Source: Candidatus Obscuribacterales bacterium (lineage in GTDB: Bacteria > Cyanobacteriota > Vampirovibrionia > Obscuribacterales > Obscuribacteraceae). From it: DNA of 64,000 nt. The DNA is taken from positions 32,001-96,000 of the forward strand of contig CBDDIJ010000005.1 of NCBI GenBank assembly GCA_965228855.1, given 5' to 3'. The notes under the pieces were generated by a model. The model was not told the origin of the DNA, made no database searches, and worked only from the letters and a program-made list of their open reading frames with translations. Positions 9,059 to 18,903 of this stretch are shown in pieces. Numbering within the stretch: the stretch's first letter is position 1; the number at the start of each line of letters is the position of its first letter. The translations under genes and the position numbers were made by a program.

Positions 9059-10468
9059 ATGGGTAAACCATATACATCGGTCCGTCGCGCTCTGCTCCTC
9101 AGCCTCGGCGTCTCTATACTCACGAGTTCGAGTTTTGTCCCCGCGGCTAACGCATTCTCCGTTCTAGGAAAGAAATCCTCCTCGTCCTTCGATCTGCCCT
9201 GCGCGGAGAAGCTGGATGGTGATACCGCGGATAGTGCAGCATCTATTGACGCCAACAGCCCCGACCTGGCACCGATGAAGCTGTCAGATCCAAAAACTGA
9301 AGCTAAGACGAGCACTACTGATGGTGCTCCATCTACCACGGAAACGACTTCAGAGGGAACGTTAAACGCGAGCGTCACGACCAACACCTACATGCCGAAA
9401 GGACCGCTTGAGGGTGACAATGCTGGACTGCTATCACCGACGAGTCTGAAAGGCGCAAAAACCAAAGATATTTCAGACCTTGGAAGCGGCACCTTGAGCG
9501 AACAAGCGAGAGCAGTTAATCTGGCACCTCTTCCTTTGATGGATTCGGCAGATGTTAGCGCGCAAAAAGCCAACGATGAAGCCGAAATCGAAAGAGAGCA
9601 GCTAACCGGTCTATGGGAAGCGGCACTGCAGAAGTCTCCCGAAATCAACTTCGTGCTGGCGAAGCTAATGCCAACTTCCGATCCGGCCAAGGCGACTACA
9701 TTCATGATGCGAATGCTCGCCGTCGCAATGAACGGTGGTATCGCCGCTACTCAGATGATCGCACCTACTCCGGGCATGTACGCAGCCGGAACCGGAGCTT
9801 CGTCAGTACTTGGTCAGCTCATGGGTATGGTCGAAAACAAAAATGCGAAAAAGGCTCGTTTGAACGAAACAGAAAGAATCATGTTGTTCAATATGACCCG
9901 GGCCCAAGCCGACAAACTCGTTAATGAATATCGCAACTATAAAACGCGTCACAAGTCGCTCTACAAAGCCAATGCGGACTTTGAAGAGTTGAAAACACTT
10001 GCGTTGGAAGTTCGCAAAGACGGCGCCAAAGAGCTGGAGACTACGTATACGTTGAAACGCCAACAGCGTGACATCGATGAAATTGGGAACCACCTTTCTT
10101 CTAACCGCAAAGCGCTCTGCGACTTAGCAGGCGAAGAAGCAGTGGCAAAACTCGACGCCAGCATTGATGAAGAATTCAAAAAACTGCATCCGGAACTGAT
10201 TACAGAAACAAGTGAAACCACTGCAGCTCAACCGCACTTCTCTACACCATCATCTCCGGATGTGGTGCCTGTTGCTGAGGGCGTTCCCGCCCCAAAGACT
10301 CAGGGAAACGCGAGTGAGGTAGTCGCCGATTCCAGCGACCAGAAGCAAGCTGAAGAAAAAGTAGCCGAGATGCGGAACTTCAAAGAGCGCCCCGACAAGA
10401 ATGCTCACAAGGTCGCCGAGAAACCATCCAAAGGCAAGGATGACTCCAAGCCTGCGTTTAAACTCTAA
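9059..10468 (+). CDS. exported hypothetical protein with a coiled-coil region
   Basis: Long ORF (track start 8987). ATG 9059 gives a signal peptide MGKPYTSVRRALLLSLGVSILTSSSFVPAANA. Helical, charged C-terminal half. Confidence 0.75.
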   Translation: MGKPYTSVRRALLLSLGVSILTSSSFVPAANAFSVLGKKSSSSFDLPCAEKLDGDTADSAASIDANSPDLAPMKLSDPKTEAKTSTTDGAPSTTETTSEGTLNASVTTNTYMPKGPLEGDNAGLLSPTSLKGAKTKDISDLGSGTLSEQARAVNLAPLPLMDSADVSAQKANDEAEIEREQLTGLWEAALQKSPEINFVLAKLMPTSDPAKATTFMMRMLAVAMNGGIAATQMIAPTPGMYAAGTGASSVLGQLMGMVENKNAKKARLNETERIMLFNMTRAQADKLVNEYRNYKTRHKSLYKANADFEELKTLALEVRKDGAKELETTYTLKRQQRDIDEIGNHLSSNRKALCDLAGEEAVAKLDASIDEEFKKLHPELITETSETTAAQPHFSTPSSPDVVPVAEGVPAPKTQGNASEVVADSSDQKQAEEKVAEMRNFKERPDKNAHKVAEKPSKGKDDSKPAFKL

Positions 10469-10495
10469 AACCCAAAGCATCTAAAAGTTGGAGCC

Positions 10496-11521
10496 ATGTC
10501 AACCGAGAAGAAGAAAGATTGGATCGTTTGGCTGATCATCGGCTTGTGCGCGCTTTCTATTCCAGTTGGAATAATGGGGAAGCAGAATAAGCCCAGTACA
10601 GACACGGATTCAGCCACCACCGATAGTGGCTGGGGAATCACATTCAAAGATCGCATCAAAGTGATAAGTTTGAATGGAATGATCAGTGACACCGACGAAA
10701 AAAGCGTCTTCTCTCTCTCCGATTCTTCGATCGCGTCTACAATCAAAAAAATACGAAAAGCCGCTGAGAACAGCAAAGTCAAAGCGGTCTTATTGCGTAT
10801 CAATTCGCCCGGCGGAACGGTGGCCACCTCACAGGAGATCAATCAAGCGGTTACCGCCTTGAAAGCGAAGAAACCTGTGTTCGCCACCATGGGCGATATC
10901 GCTGCCTCAGGTGGATACTATGTCGCCTGCGCCACGGATAAAATCTACGCGAATCCCGGCACGCTTACCGGTTCTATAGGCGTGATTCTGAACGGCATGA
11001 ATTTCAAAGGCTTAGCAGACAAGCTTGGCGTACAGCCGCAAGTGATCAAATCGGGCTTATTTAAAGACATAGCCTCACCCTATCGACCGATGACCGATGA
11101 AGAGAGAAAAATTCTTCAAGGTTTAATCGACGATTCATACGATCAATTCGTCCATGCTGTTGCCGACGGCCGAAAGATGAAGCTAGAGGACGTAAAAAAA
11201 ATAGCAGATGGCCGAATTTATTCCGGCAGGCAAGCTAAAGCTAACGGGCTTGTTGATGCGCTCGGCTCCTACCAGGACGCGCTTCAAGATTTGCAGGCGA
11301 CTTGCAAAAAGAGGTACGGACTGACAGAAGATCTTCCGGTCGAAGACAAATCTTCCAGTTCAATCCTTGAATCATTGTTCGACTCCAGCAGCGCGTCATC
11401 GATGTTCCAACACCTGGGCGGGTCCACTCAGCAAAGCATTGAGGAGACCGTAATCGAGCGAATCATGCCGGTTTCCATGCAAGCGAAATACTACAAACAA
11501 CCGCTCTGGTTGATGGAATAG
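10496..11521 (+). CDS. sppA: signal peptide peptidase SppA (S49, short form)
   Basis: Motifs LRINSPGG, GDIAASGGYY, TGSIGV, IKSG.FKD, DGRIYSG.QA; N-terminal TM helix. Confidence 0.95.
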   Translation: MSTEKKKDWIVWLIIGLCALSIPVGIMGKQNKPSTDTDSATTDSGWGITFKDRIKVISLNGMISDTDEKSVFSLSDSSIASTIKKIRKAAENSKVKAVLLRINSPGGTVATSQEINQAVTALKAKKPVFATMGDIAASGGYYVACATDKIYANPGTLTGSIGVILNGMNFKGLADKLGVQPQVIKSGLFKDIASPYRPMTDEERKILQGLIDDSYDQFVHAVADGRKMKLEDVKKIADGRIYSGRQAKANGLVDALGSYQDALQDLQATCKKRYGLTEDLPVEDKSSSSILESLFDSSSASSMFQHLGGSTQQSIEETVIERIMPVSMQAKYYKQPLWLME

Positions 11522-11540
11522 ATTCACTTCGGAGTAGAAA

Positions 11541-12167
11541 GTGGACGCCACCACCACCGTCAACGAAAACGTTTCAACACCGTCATGGGCGGACTTGTTT
11601 TTCGGCATTATCACAAACCCGATAAATACGCTGAAAGAGCTCGACGCAATGTACGAAACAGCGCCTGTTTACACGCTTACTCAGCAGGCCTTCAACATCG
11701 TATTTCTTACAGCGTTCTTGCTTGGAATGGCTCGCTTTAACCCTGAGGAAGCGTTTCTCTCGCTATTCGAAATCCTGAGTGTAATTACAAATGAGATGGT
11801 CATCTGGGTGGTCTCGGCAAGTTTGCTGTCACTGCTCTCCACGATTCTTTCAAACGCACGACCGACGAGATGGAAGAAAGCCCTCGTTTTAACCGGATGG
11901 TCGTTCACTCCCATCCTCTTTTTCGCGCCGCTTATGTGTTTCAAAAACGCCCTTGGCGCCTGGGTTTTACCAATTGCCACGATACCAACATGGTGGACTC
12001 TATTTTTGCTTTTCACAAGCTACAAGATTGCTCTCAATGTTAGAGCATCAAAATTGCTGGTTGTTGCACTCATAATGCCGCCGCTTCTTTTCCTGGTCTA
12101 TATGTTCTGGACAGGGCTTTCACTCATGGTGCTTCTGTCGGAGATAATCTCAGCGTTTCAGAACTAA
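11541..12167 (+). CDS. Yip1-family multi-pass membrane protein
   Basis: About five hydrophobic helices and an N-terminal GII..P..T motif. Cyanobacteria-like placement after sppA is inferred. Confidence 0.65.
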   Translation: MDATTTVNENVSTPSWADLFFGIITNPINTLKELDAMYETAPVYTLTQQAFNIVFLTAFLLGMARFNPEEAFLSLFEILSVITNEMVIWVVSASLLSLLSTILSNARPTRWKKALVLTGWSFTPILFFAPLMCFKNALGAWVLPIATIPTWWTLFLLFTSYKIALNVRASKLLVVALIMPPLLFLVYMFWTGLSLMVLLSEIISAFQN

Positions 12168-12185
12168 TGGCACAGAATTCCTGAG

Positions 12186-13121
12186 ATGAACGAGAACAAG
12201 AGAAGAAAACCAACTGTCATTGCGGTTGTCGGTCCAACCGCCTCCGGAAAGACCTCTCTCTCCATCGAGCTTGCCCTGAAGTATCAGGGAGAGGTGATCG
12301 CTTGCGACTCACGCACTGTATACAAGTATATGGATATTGGAGCCGCAAAACCTACGGTTGAAGAACGCAAAGGAGTGCCGCACCACATGCTGGATGTGGT
12401 GGAACCTGACCGCGTTTACACGGTCGCCGAATTTCAAAAAGCGGGAACGGAAGCAATCCAGAATGTAATTTCCAGAGGCAAACTCCCGGTGGTTACCGGA
12501 GGTACAGGGCTGTATGCTCGAGCGCTCCTGGAGGGGTTGCAGATTCCCGAGGTTGGACCTCAGGATAAACTCAGAGAATCTCTGAAACAGACCGCTGAGA
12601 AAGAGGGCAATGAGGTTTTATTCAACAAGCTCAGAGAACTGGATCCGGTTTCCGCGGAAAAAATCATGCCGAATGATCTGCTTAGAATAATTCGCGCGCT
12701 AGAAGTAACAATGGTGCTCGGAAAGCCATTCTCCGAAGTAACGCGCCGGGTCGAGGTGCCCTACAACGTAATCTGGGTCGGTTTGAACTTCGACGACCGC
12801 ACTGTCTTAAAAGATCGAATCGCTTTGCGAATGAATCAGATGATGGAACAGGGCTTGCTGGATGAGTCGAGGTTTTTGCATGAAAGGTTTGGTCCGACGC
12901 AGCCGATTTTGAACGCGGTCGGATATCGACAAATGTTCAACTATATAGATGGCGTCTGGTCTATGGAAGAAGCAATAGAAGATTGCTTGAAGCACAATTT
13001 TCAGCTCGCGAGAAAACAAATCATGTGGTTCCGCGCGAACCCGGATACCATCTGGCTTGTTGTCGACAAAAGTAAACAACTTTTCGATGACGTTTTTCAC
13101 GAAATAAATCAGCTGATCTAA
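12186..13121 (+). CDS. miaA: tRNA dimethylallyltransferase
   Basis: Motifs GPTASGKT, CDSRTVYKYMDIG.AKP, PHHMLD, GGTGLY, RIIRALEV, A.KQ..WF. Confidence 0.97.
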   Translation: MNENKRRKPTVIAVVGPTASGKTSLSIELALKYQGEVIACDSRTVYKYMDIGAAKPTVEERKGVPHHMLDVVEPDRVYTVAEFQKAGTEAIQNVISRGKLPVVTGGTGLYARALLEGLQIPEVGPQDKLRESLKQTAEKEGNEVLFNKLRELDPVSAEKIMPNDLLRIIRALEVTMVLGKPFSEVTRRVEVPYNVIWVGLNFDDRTVLKDRIALRMNQMMEQGLLDESRFLHERFGPTQPILNAVGYRQMFNYIDGVWSMEEAIEDCLKHNFQLARKQIMWFRANPDTIWLVVDKSKQLFDDVFHEINQLI

Positions 13122-13192
13122 ATCCAAGCAAAAGCGGCTTCTAATCAGCGTTTACGAGGTCGATCTTTTGTTAGAATGATCCATGAATTGTA

Positions 13193-13429
13193 TTGCAAAT
13201 TACGTTTCTGCCGCCTGAATGGGAGAAATTTTGCTCATTAGGGCTAGACGAAACAGAAGTTAGGGATATACTGGTAAAAGTCTTAAGCCTCTTCAGCAGC
13301 GGATCCCTCGAGATCCGTGACAGTAAAGACAATCGGGATTTACCACCAGGTAACTTCAACGAGTTTCTTAAAAGCGGCATCGTAACAAGTTCTGGTAAAC
13401 GGCGAACGGCGGATGAAGAGAGTAACTGA
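13193..13429 (+). CDS. small hypothetical protein
   Basis: 78-aa ORF with a TTG start. Fills the gap after miaA and overlaps the next ORF by 17 nt. No recognisable motif. Confidence 0.35.
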   Translation: MQITFLPPEWEKFCSLGLDETEVRDILVKVLSLFSSGSLEIRDSKDNRDLPPGNFNEFLKSGIVTSSGKRRTADEESN

Positions 13430-13754
13430 TACGGCATCGATTAGAGAAGTGGCACTTCCATTCAGCGACGGACTTTTGTCAGCGCGGCTCTGGAAAGCCG
13501 GAGAAAGAAGCGTAGTGGGCGTTCCCGAACTCGGACTGCATTGCTACGGTGTGTCGGAAAGCGAGGCTGTTTTCCGATTATTCACGACACTCCTGAAGTA
13601 TTATCGTCAATTGAAACAACACGAAGATCGCCTCGGAGAGCGCGGTCTCAATCACCTTGCGCACCTGAAGAATTGGGTCGCAGGTATCGAAAAGCGAATG
13701 ACCTCTTCGCCGATTGAATCAAGGTTGGTTTCACTGCGATCGCGCCTGAGATAG
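13413..13754 (+). CDS. HicB-like (partial RNase H fold) small protein
   Basis: VVGVPELGLHCYGVSESEAVFRLFTTLLKYY resembles the HicB N-terminal V.VP.L.....G.T..EA...L pattern. Confidence 0.55.
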   Translation: MKRVTDTASIREVALPFSDGLLSARLWKAGERSVVGVPELGLHCYGVSESEAVFRLFTTLLKYYRQLKQHEDRLGERGLNHLAHLKNWVAGIEKRMTSSPIESRLVSLRSRLR

Positions 13755-13854
13755 CGAGCGCCGACAGTTTATACCCTCTTGCAGCGAATCCGTTTCAACC
13801 CTTGGAAGTTTAAGCGTTCGCGGCTGAAACGTCTTCAGTCCTTCTTCTCCTGCC

Positions 13855-15363
13855 TCAGTGGAATTCGACGCGTGACTCCTCGACGAGTCCGCGCTCTTTC
13901 AATATCAGCTGCGTTTTGAGTGCGTGCAGATTCGCTTCCAGTCCCGCCGGATATTGGTGCGGGTTGACCAGTCGTTTGATACCCGGATGGAATCCGTTTA
14001 GCTGATCGAAGACGAAAGCCCTGGTCGCGTCAAAGCCTGGGTAGTCATAGACCAGTTCTCCAGATCGGAAAACAGGCTTGAGCAAATCAACAAAGTCTGT
14101 TTCCGGCTCAATCGCTTTGCGGCGCGTAAAATCCAGGGGGTCAATGATTACGGGTCGGGCTCCGAGTTCGTTGCTCTCATCGTAAATCATGTCTGCGATA
14201 AATCTTTGGGATTCATTTTCCCGATTGAAGTATCGACGCACCTGAAGCAGACCCGGGTTTGAAACCTTGATCGTCTGCTCCGATAGTTTAATCACATGAC
14301 GCCAGGCACGCCCGGGCGAACGAACAGCGGAAAGTTTGTAAACACCTCCAAGGGAGGGCTGGTCGCTTCCGGTAACCAGCTTGGTACCGACCGCCCAGGT
14401 ATCTATTTTCGCGCCCTGGTTAATCAATGATGTGACAATAGACTCGTCCAGATCGTTGCTCGCCATGATGGAAGATTCTGTAAATCCAGCCTCGTCCAGC
14501 ATTTTGCGAGCCTCTACCGATAGGTATGCAAGGTCACCCGAGTCTAAACGAATGCCGAGCATCTTATGACCTTCGGCGCGTAATTTCTTGCCGACTTCGA
14601 TGGCGTGCTGAACTCCGACGAGAGTATCGAAAGTGTCAACAAGAAAAACGCAATTGTTCGGCATCGCTCGTGCGTAGTCGTTAAACGCCTCTTGCTCGCT
14701 CTCATGCGCCATAATCCAGCTATGCGCGTGCGTTCCTTTCACGGGAATACCAAAAAGTTTCCCTGCAAGAACATTCGAGGTGCCGTCACAGCCGCCGAGA
14801 TACGCAGCAAGACTGGCTGTGACACCACCATTCATTCCTTGTGCGCGACGCAAACCGAATTCATAAACCTTCTGACCTCTGGTCGCCAACTTGATGCGCG
14901 TCGCCTTGGTGGCTATCAGAGTCGGAAAGCAAACGAGGTTTAGAAGCGCAGTCTCCAGAATTTGGGCTGGAATAATCGGACCGACAACGCGCATGAGCGG
15001 CTCATGAGCGAAAACCACCGTGCCATCAGCGACAGAGTGGAGGTCAACATTGAAATCCATTTCGCCGAGGTATTTGATGAACTCGGCTTCGAACAAAGGT
15101 GTTCCGTCATGAGCCTTCAAGGACGCCAGGTAGGCAAGGTCGTCATCATAGAATTTCAAGCCTTTGACATAGTCGATGACCTGATTCAAACCGCAAAATG
15201 TCGCGAATCCACCATGGTAAGGATTGCGACGGAAGAATAATGTGAAGGCTGCTTCTCTATCCGCATACCCGCACTTCCAATAGGCGTAGGCCATCGTCAG
15301 TTGATAAAGGTCAGTCAGCAAAACGGGGGCTTGCCAGTTTGTAGTGTCCGTGGGCAATACCAT
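13855..15363 (-). CDS. pncB: nicotinate phosphoribosyltransferase
   Basis: Motifs LLTDLYQLTM, EFGLRRAQ, GTHAHSW, LVDTFDT, GIRLDSGDL, GVYKL. ATG 15363 has an AGGGAGG RBS (the track ORF extends to 15474). Confidence 0.95.
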   Translation of the reverse strand: MVLPTDTTNWQAPVLLTDLYQLTMAYAYWKCGYADREAAFTLFFRRNPYHGGFATFCGLNQVIDYVKGLKFYDDDLAYLASLKAHDGTPLFEAEFIKYLGEMDFNVDLHSVADGTVVFAHEPLMRVVGPIIPAQILETALLNLVCFPTLIATKATRIKLATRGQKVYEFGLRRAQGMNGGVTASLAAYLGGCDGTSNVLAGKLFGIPVKGTHAHSWIMAHESEQEAFNDYARAMPNNCVFLVDTFDTLVGVQHAIEVGKKLRAEGHKMLGIRLDSGDLAYLSVEARKMLDEAGFTESSIMASNDLDESIVTSLINQGAKIDTWAVGTKLVTGSDQPSLGGVYKLSAVRSPGRAWRHVIKLSEQTIKVSNPGLLQVRRYFNRENESQRFIADMIYDESNELGARPVIIDPLDFTRRKAIEPETDFVDLLKPVFRSGELVYDYPGFDATRAFVFDQLNGFHPGIKRLVNPHQYPAGLEANLHALKTQLILKERGLVEESRVEFH

Positions 15364-15402
15364 ACGATTGAAGCCTCCCTGAAAATGCGTGATAAATGTA
15401 GC

Positions 15403-15990
15403 ATGCGAAAGACCGTTCTTTCTGTTATCGCGCTTGTTGTTTTTGTGTCTGCGCAAAACTGCTTTTGTCTGCAATCGGCCACAGGTGAGCCTATTGAAAG
15501 CAAGCCTGCAGCCGGTCTCGAGACTGGTGATTATTCTTATTCCGATTCGCCAGCGCCACCCGACGAAGACAAACCCGACAGCGACGAAGTTGAGACCAGT
15601 GGGTCAGATGAGCAGAACGATGACGCTCGCATGCAGCAAAATTCTCTCGACTCTATGACGGACCTGCCCGCGCAAACAGAAGTCCATAAGCCGATCTACA
15701 AGTACGTGGGTAATTCTTTCTCTTTCAAATTTCATCGTCCGTCCTGCCCATTCGCAAAAGCAATGTGGCGCGGGCACGTCGTAAAATTTCAGTATCGCAA
15801 ACAGGCAATCGACGCCGGGCAGAAACCTTGTCGTTACTGCCTCCCGCCATACTGGAAGTCAGTAGGAGCTAAAATTCTCAAGACGTCTCCTGAAAGCCAG
15901 AAAGGTTTATCAACAGTTGAAAACGTGCAAAATTTGCCAACCGTAAATGCACCCAAAAAAGATGTTAAATCGACCGCCGGCAAAGATTAG
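15403..15990 (+). CDS. exported protein with an Ada-type Zn-binding domain
   Basis: Signal-like N-terminus from ATG 15403, an acidic linker, then YVGNSFSFKFHRPSC...F.....A..AG.KPCRYC.P. Confidence 0.75.
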   Translation: MRKTVLSVIALVVFVSAQNCFCLQSATGEPIESKPAAGLETGDYSYSDSPAPPDEDKPDSDEVETSGSDEQNDDARMQQNSLDSMTDLPAQTEVHKPIYKYVGNSFSFKFHRPSCPFAKAMWRGHVVKFQYRKQAIDAGQKPCRYCLPPYWKSVGAKILKTSPESQKGLSTVENVQNLPTVNAPKKDVKSTAGKD

Positions 15991-16128
15991 ACGGGCATTC
16001 TAGAAGGAAAGAAGTTATCAATGGTTTCAGCCACCTGCAGCGCATAAAAGCCAGCAGGTAAAAGCTGTAGATAGATAATACAAAAGAATGGTATAACGAC
16101 TCCAGGGTGTTTTTAGGGCGTTCTAAGC

Positions 16129-18828
16129 ATGCAACAACTCGAGTACGAATTTTCTAACGCGATTGGCATCGTCATGGACAGAACTGTTGATCCGCCGAAA
16201 GTGTTGGGTCAAGCGTTCATGGTATCGAAAACGCGCCTCGTCACTAACGCCTCGTCTGTTTTTCACTACACGGAAGCACCATGGGCTATAGAGGTGCTGT
16301 TTCCGTTTCCGGACGTGCGAGTCACAATCAAAGCAGTCAACCTGCACAACGACTACGACAAAGTAGCCGCGCGCGCTATGTATCTTGCGCAAACCGGCAC
16401 TCCGACGGACAACTCGCTGCATATTCAAACCAACGACATCGCTGTTTTGATTATCGACCCGCAGCCGCCGGACGTCCCGCAAGACCGAATCGCCGAGTTG
16501 AACCGGGCACTCTCGCTGCCATTCTCAGGTGAAGGCGTAGAGGCGTCGGGCAACTTGCGGGGGACCGAGTTCGTCCAGATCATCAACACCGCGCTGGAAG
16601 CCGGTCGCGAAGGTCTTCTTACCCTCTTTGATTCGAGAAACATTCCTATCGCCCATATCGCAATCGCTCGTGGCGGGATTCTCAAAGTCTTCCACGAACA
16701 GGTCATGTCATCGGAGATGGCCTTTTGCGAGCTGGTATACAGACAACCGGCTCATGGATTTGCGTTTAAACCTGGCGTAGACATCGATTGGGGAGAGGTG
16801 CCGGAGGTGCAAACCCCACCGGATCGCCTGACCTGGGAAGCCATGCGCCGAGCGAACGAGATTCCGAAATTGTTGCAACAACTCGGAGGTCCTGAAGCTC
16901 GCTATCAGCAAGTAGTACAGAACTTCGATCCGGAAGCTGCCAGCGAAGAAATCCGCTGGATGGTAGCCCCCTTATGGGCGTCTCTTGACGGATACACATC
17001 GCTCGACAAGCTGCCCAAGCGGGTCGGCGTTGACACCTACACCATTCTCATCGCGATTCGCGAGCTGGTAAACCGTGGCGTCGCATCGCAAATCAACAGG
17101 ATCAGCCCGTTTCCATGCACCGGACAGATGGGCACTCCGCTCATCTCGCACACCGACTTCGAGGTGCACCCCTGGGACCCGCTGCAAGCGTTCTACCTCG
17201 ATCCTATCTCAGGAAAACCGACCTGGCTCGAAGGAAACTTCTTCGGCGTCGCTAACTCATTACAGCCCAAGAATATGTTGCACACTATCGCGATTCCCAA
17301 GGACGCGCGTGGTTGCTTGATTCTCAAGGACTATAAGCTGATTGGATTGCACATAGGCGCTCAGGAGTTAAAACCGGGACAACCGGCACCTCCGGTCAAA
17401 TGCTACCAGTTCATGTGGATGGGAGCTCTCCTGGACCTGAGCACCCGCAAAGTTCGCTCATCGGGAGAAGGCGAAGAGGAAGGTGTTGGAACACTGCGCT
17501 CTTCCATGGACGCGCTTTCGGAGGAAAATCAGGAACGCGCGAACGTTGTGAAAATCCAGTGCCCAACCTGCTTTGCAGTCAACGCAGACTACGGAACTTG
17601 CACCACCTGCGGAGCTACCATCGAGGCACCACCGGAGGAGCCAGAACCAAGCAACAAGCTGATGGCTTCGAAACCGGCGAAGGAACTCAAAAAGCTTCAA
17701 AAACAATATGGCATAACGGACAAACAAGCCAAGATCGGTGGCGGTGTTTTGATCGGATGTTTGTTGATGATGGTGATGTGCGTTGGAATTCCGAAGGGAG
17801 CAAAGACGGACACAACACCTTCGAAGCCTGCTGTACAGCCAATCGCGAAGACTCCGGCATCAGACAAAAAGGCGGTTCAACTCGCAGTCGACGAAGGCGG
17901 TTTTTCAGCAACCGCTCCACCCATGTATTCATACGTTGACACGAGCGACTTGACTGCGCCGACGCCTTCGTTCGGTTTAAACTCAGAACAAGCGAACCAA
18001 AAAATACTGTTCATCGTGTATGACGACCTGGCGCCGCTCACATCCTTGAACAACTTCTGCGGCAAGCCGCCATTTCAGGAAGTAGATAGAGCAGATGCGA
18101 GCACCTCTGTGATTGATTCCAGCGAGCAAATTCTTGGAGCTGGAAAGTTGAAATGGATTCTTGGCCGGTACACGAAAGCCGGACTGAAAGAACCGATTCA
18201 CATCATGCTCGCCTCCTTCCCGGCAGCCAAGGACGGGAAATCTATCCTCGTCGTGGCGCAAGCATTCGACGACAAAGGAAAGCGCGCTTACAACCATAAG
18301 ACGACACTGTTTGTCTTGGACGAAATTGCCAGCGAGATGACCGCTAAACGAAACGAAGAAGTTCTCTCGACTTCAAACAGCGACAAAGGCGCAACCGCCG
18401 CTGACGAAGACGATGAGGAGTTCGATGAATCGGAAGACGGAGCATCGGATACGAAAAAAGTTTCATCGAAAATTTCGACCGAAGAAGAAGAAGATCAGTT
18501 CCTTGTCGACGCTCAGACCGTTTTACAAGAAGCCCTCGACCTGCCTGAGAACCTGATCTCCGTTGCCGAGAAATACGAAACGGAGAATCAGAAACCGAAG
18601 AAGTGGAAAGAGGGTGGATTGCTCGTAGGCGTCGACCCTGAGGGTCACGTGAAGCGCATAGAACTTCTCTCGACCGAACAGAACGATAAGACTGAAACAC
18701 TCAACAAGGCTCTCGAAAAGGCCGTGCAGAAAGTCGAAATGTTCAAGGACGCACCGATTACAAAGCGTGGTGAGTTCCAGTTCCAGGTACGCTTGCAGGG
18801 TAAAGAAATCGTACTTCGCAAAGTGTAG
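16129..18828 (+). CDS. large membrane protein: degenerate trypsin-like fold, DUF4388, zinc ribbon, TM helix and periplasmic region ending in a TonB-C-like domain
   Basis: GQAFMVS..RLVTNASSV and NDIAVL (trypsin-like); SGNL....FVQII..A....REGLLTL (DUF4388-like); CPTC..CTTC; a TM helix; C-terminal VGVDPEGHVKRIELL. Confidence 0.7.
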   Translation: MQQLEYEFSNAIGIVMDRTVDPPKVLGQAFMVSKTRLVTNASSVFHYTEAPWAIEVLFPFPDVRVTIKAVNLHNDYDKVAARAMYLAQTGTPTDNSLHIQTNDIAVLIIDPQPPDVPQDRIAELNRALSLPFSGEGVEASGNLRGTEFVQIINTALEAGREGLLTLFDSRNIPIAHIAIARGGILKVFHEQVMSSEMAFCELVYRQPAHGFAFKPGVDIDWGEVPEVQTPPDRLTWEAMRRANEIPKLLQQLGGPEARYQQVVQNFDPEAASEEIRWMVAPLWASLDGYTSLDKLPKRVGVDTYTILIAIRELVNRGVASQINRISPFPCTGQMGTPLISHTDFEVHPWDPLQAFYLDPISGKPTWLEGNFFGVANSLQPKNMLHTIAIPKDARGCLILKDYKLIGLHIGAQELKPGQPAPPVKCYQFMWMGALLDLSTRKVRSSGEGEEEGVGTLRSSMDALSEENQERANVVKIQCPTCFAVNADYGTCTTCGATIEAPPEEPEPSNKLMASKPAKELKKLQKQYGITDKQAKIGGGVLIGCLLMMVMCVGIPKGAKTDTTPSKPAVQPIAKTPASDKKAVQLAVDEGGFSATAPPMYSYVDTSDLTAPTPSFGLNSEQANQKILFIVYDDLAPLTSLNNFCGKPPFQEVDRADASTSVIDSSEQILGAGKLKWILGRYTKAGLKEPIHIMLASFPAAKDGKSILVVAQAFDDKGKRAYNHKTTLFVLDEIASEMTAKRNEEVLSTSNSDKGATAADEDDEEFDESEDGASDTKKVSSKISTEEEEDQFLVDAQTVLQEALDLPENLISVAEKYETENQKPKKWKEGGLLVGVDPEGHVKRIELLSTEQNDKTETLNKALEKAVQKVEMFKDAPITKRGEFQFQVRLQGKEIVLRKV

Positions 18829-18851
18829 TCCGAAGCAGGCTAAACAACTGT

Positions 18852-18882
18852 AGCGCGCTCAGGAAAGCCGGGGCGCGCTTTT
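18852..18882 (+). terminator. intrinsic terminator between convergent genes
   Basis: AGCGCGCTC...GGGGCGCGCT followed by TTT. Confidence 0.6.
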
Positions 18883-18903
18883 CGCTTTCAACTGCAACAT
18901 TTC

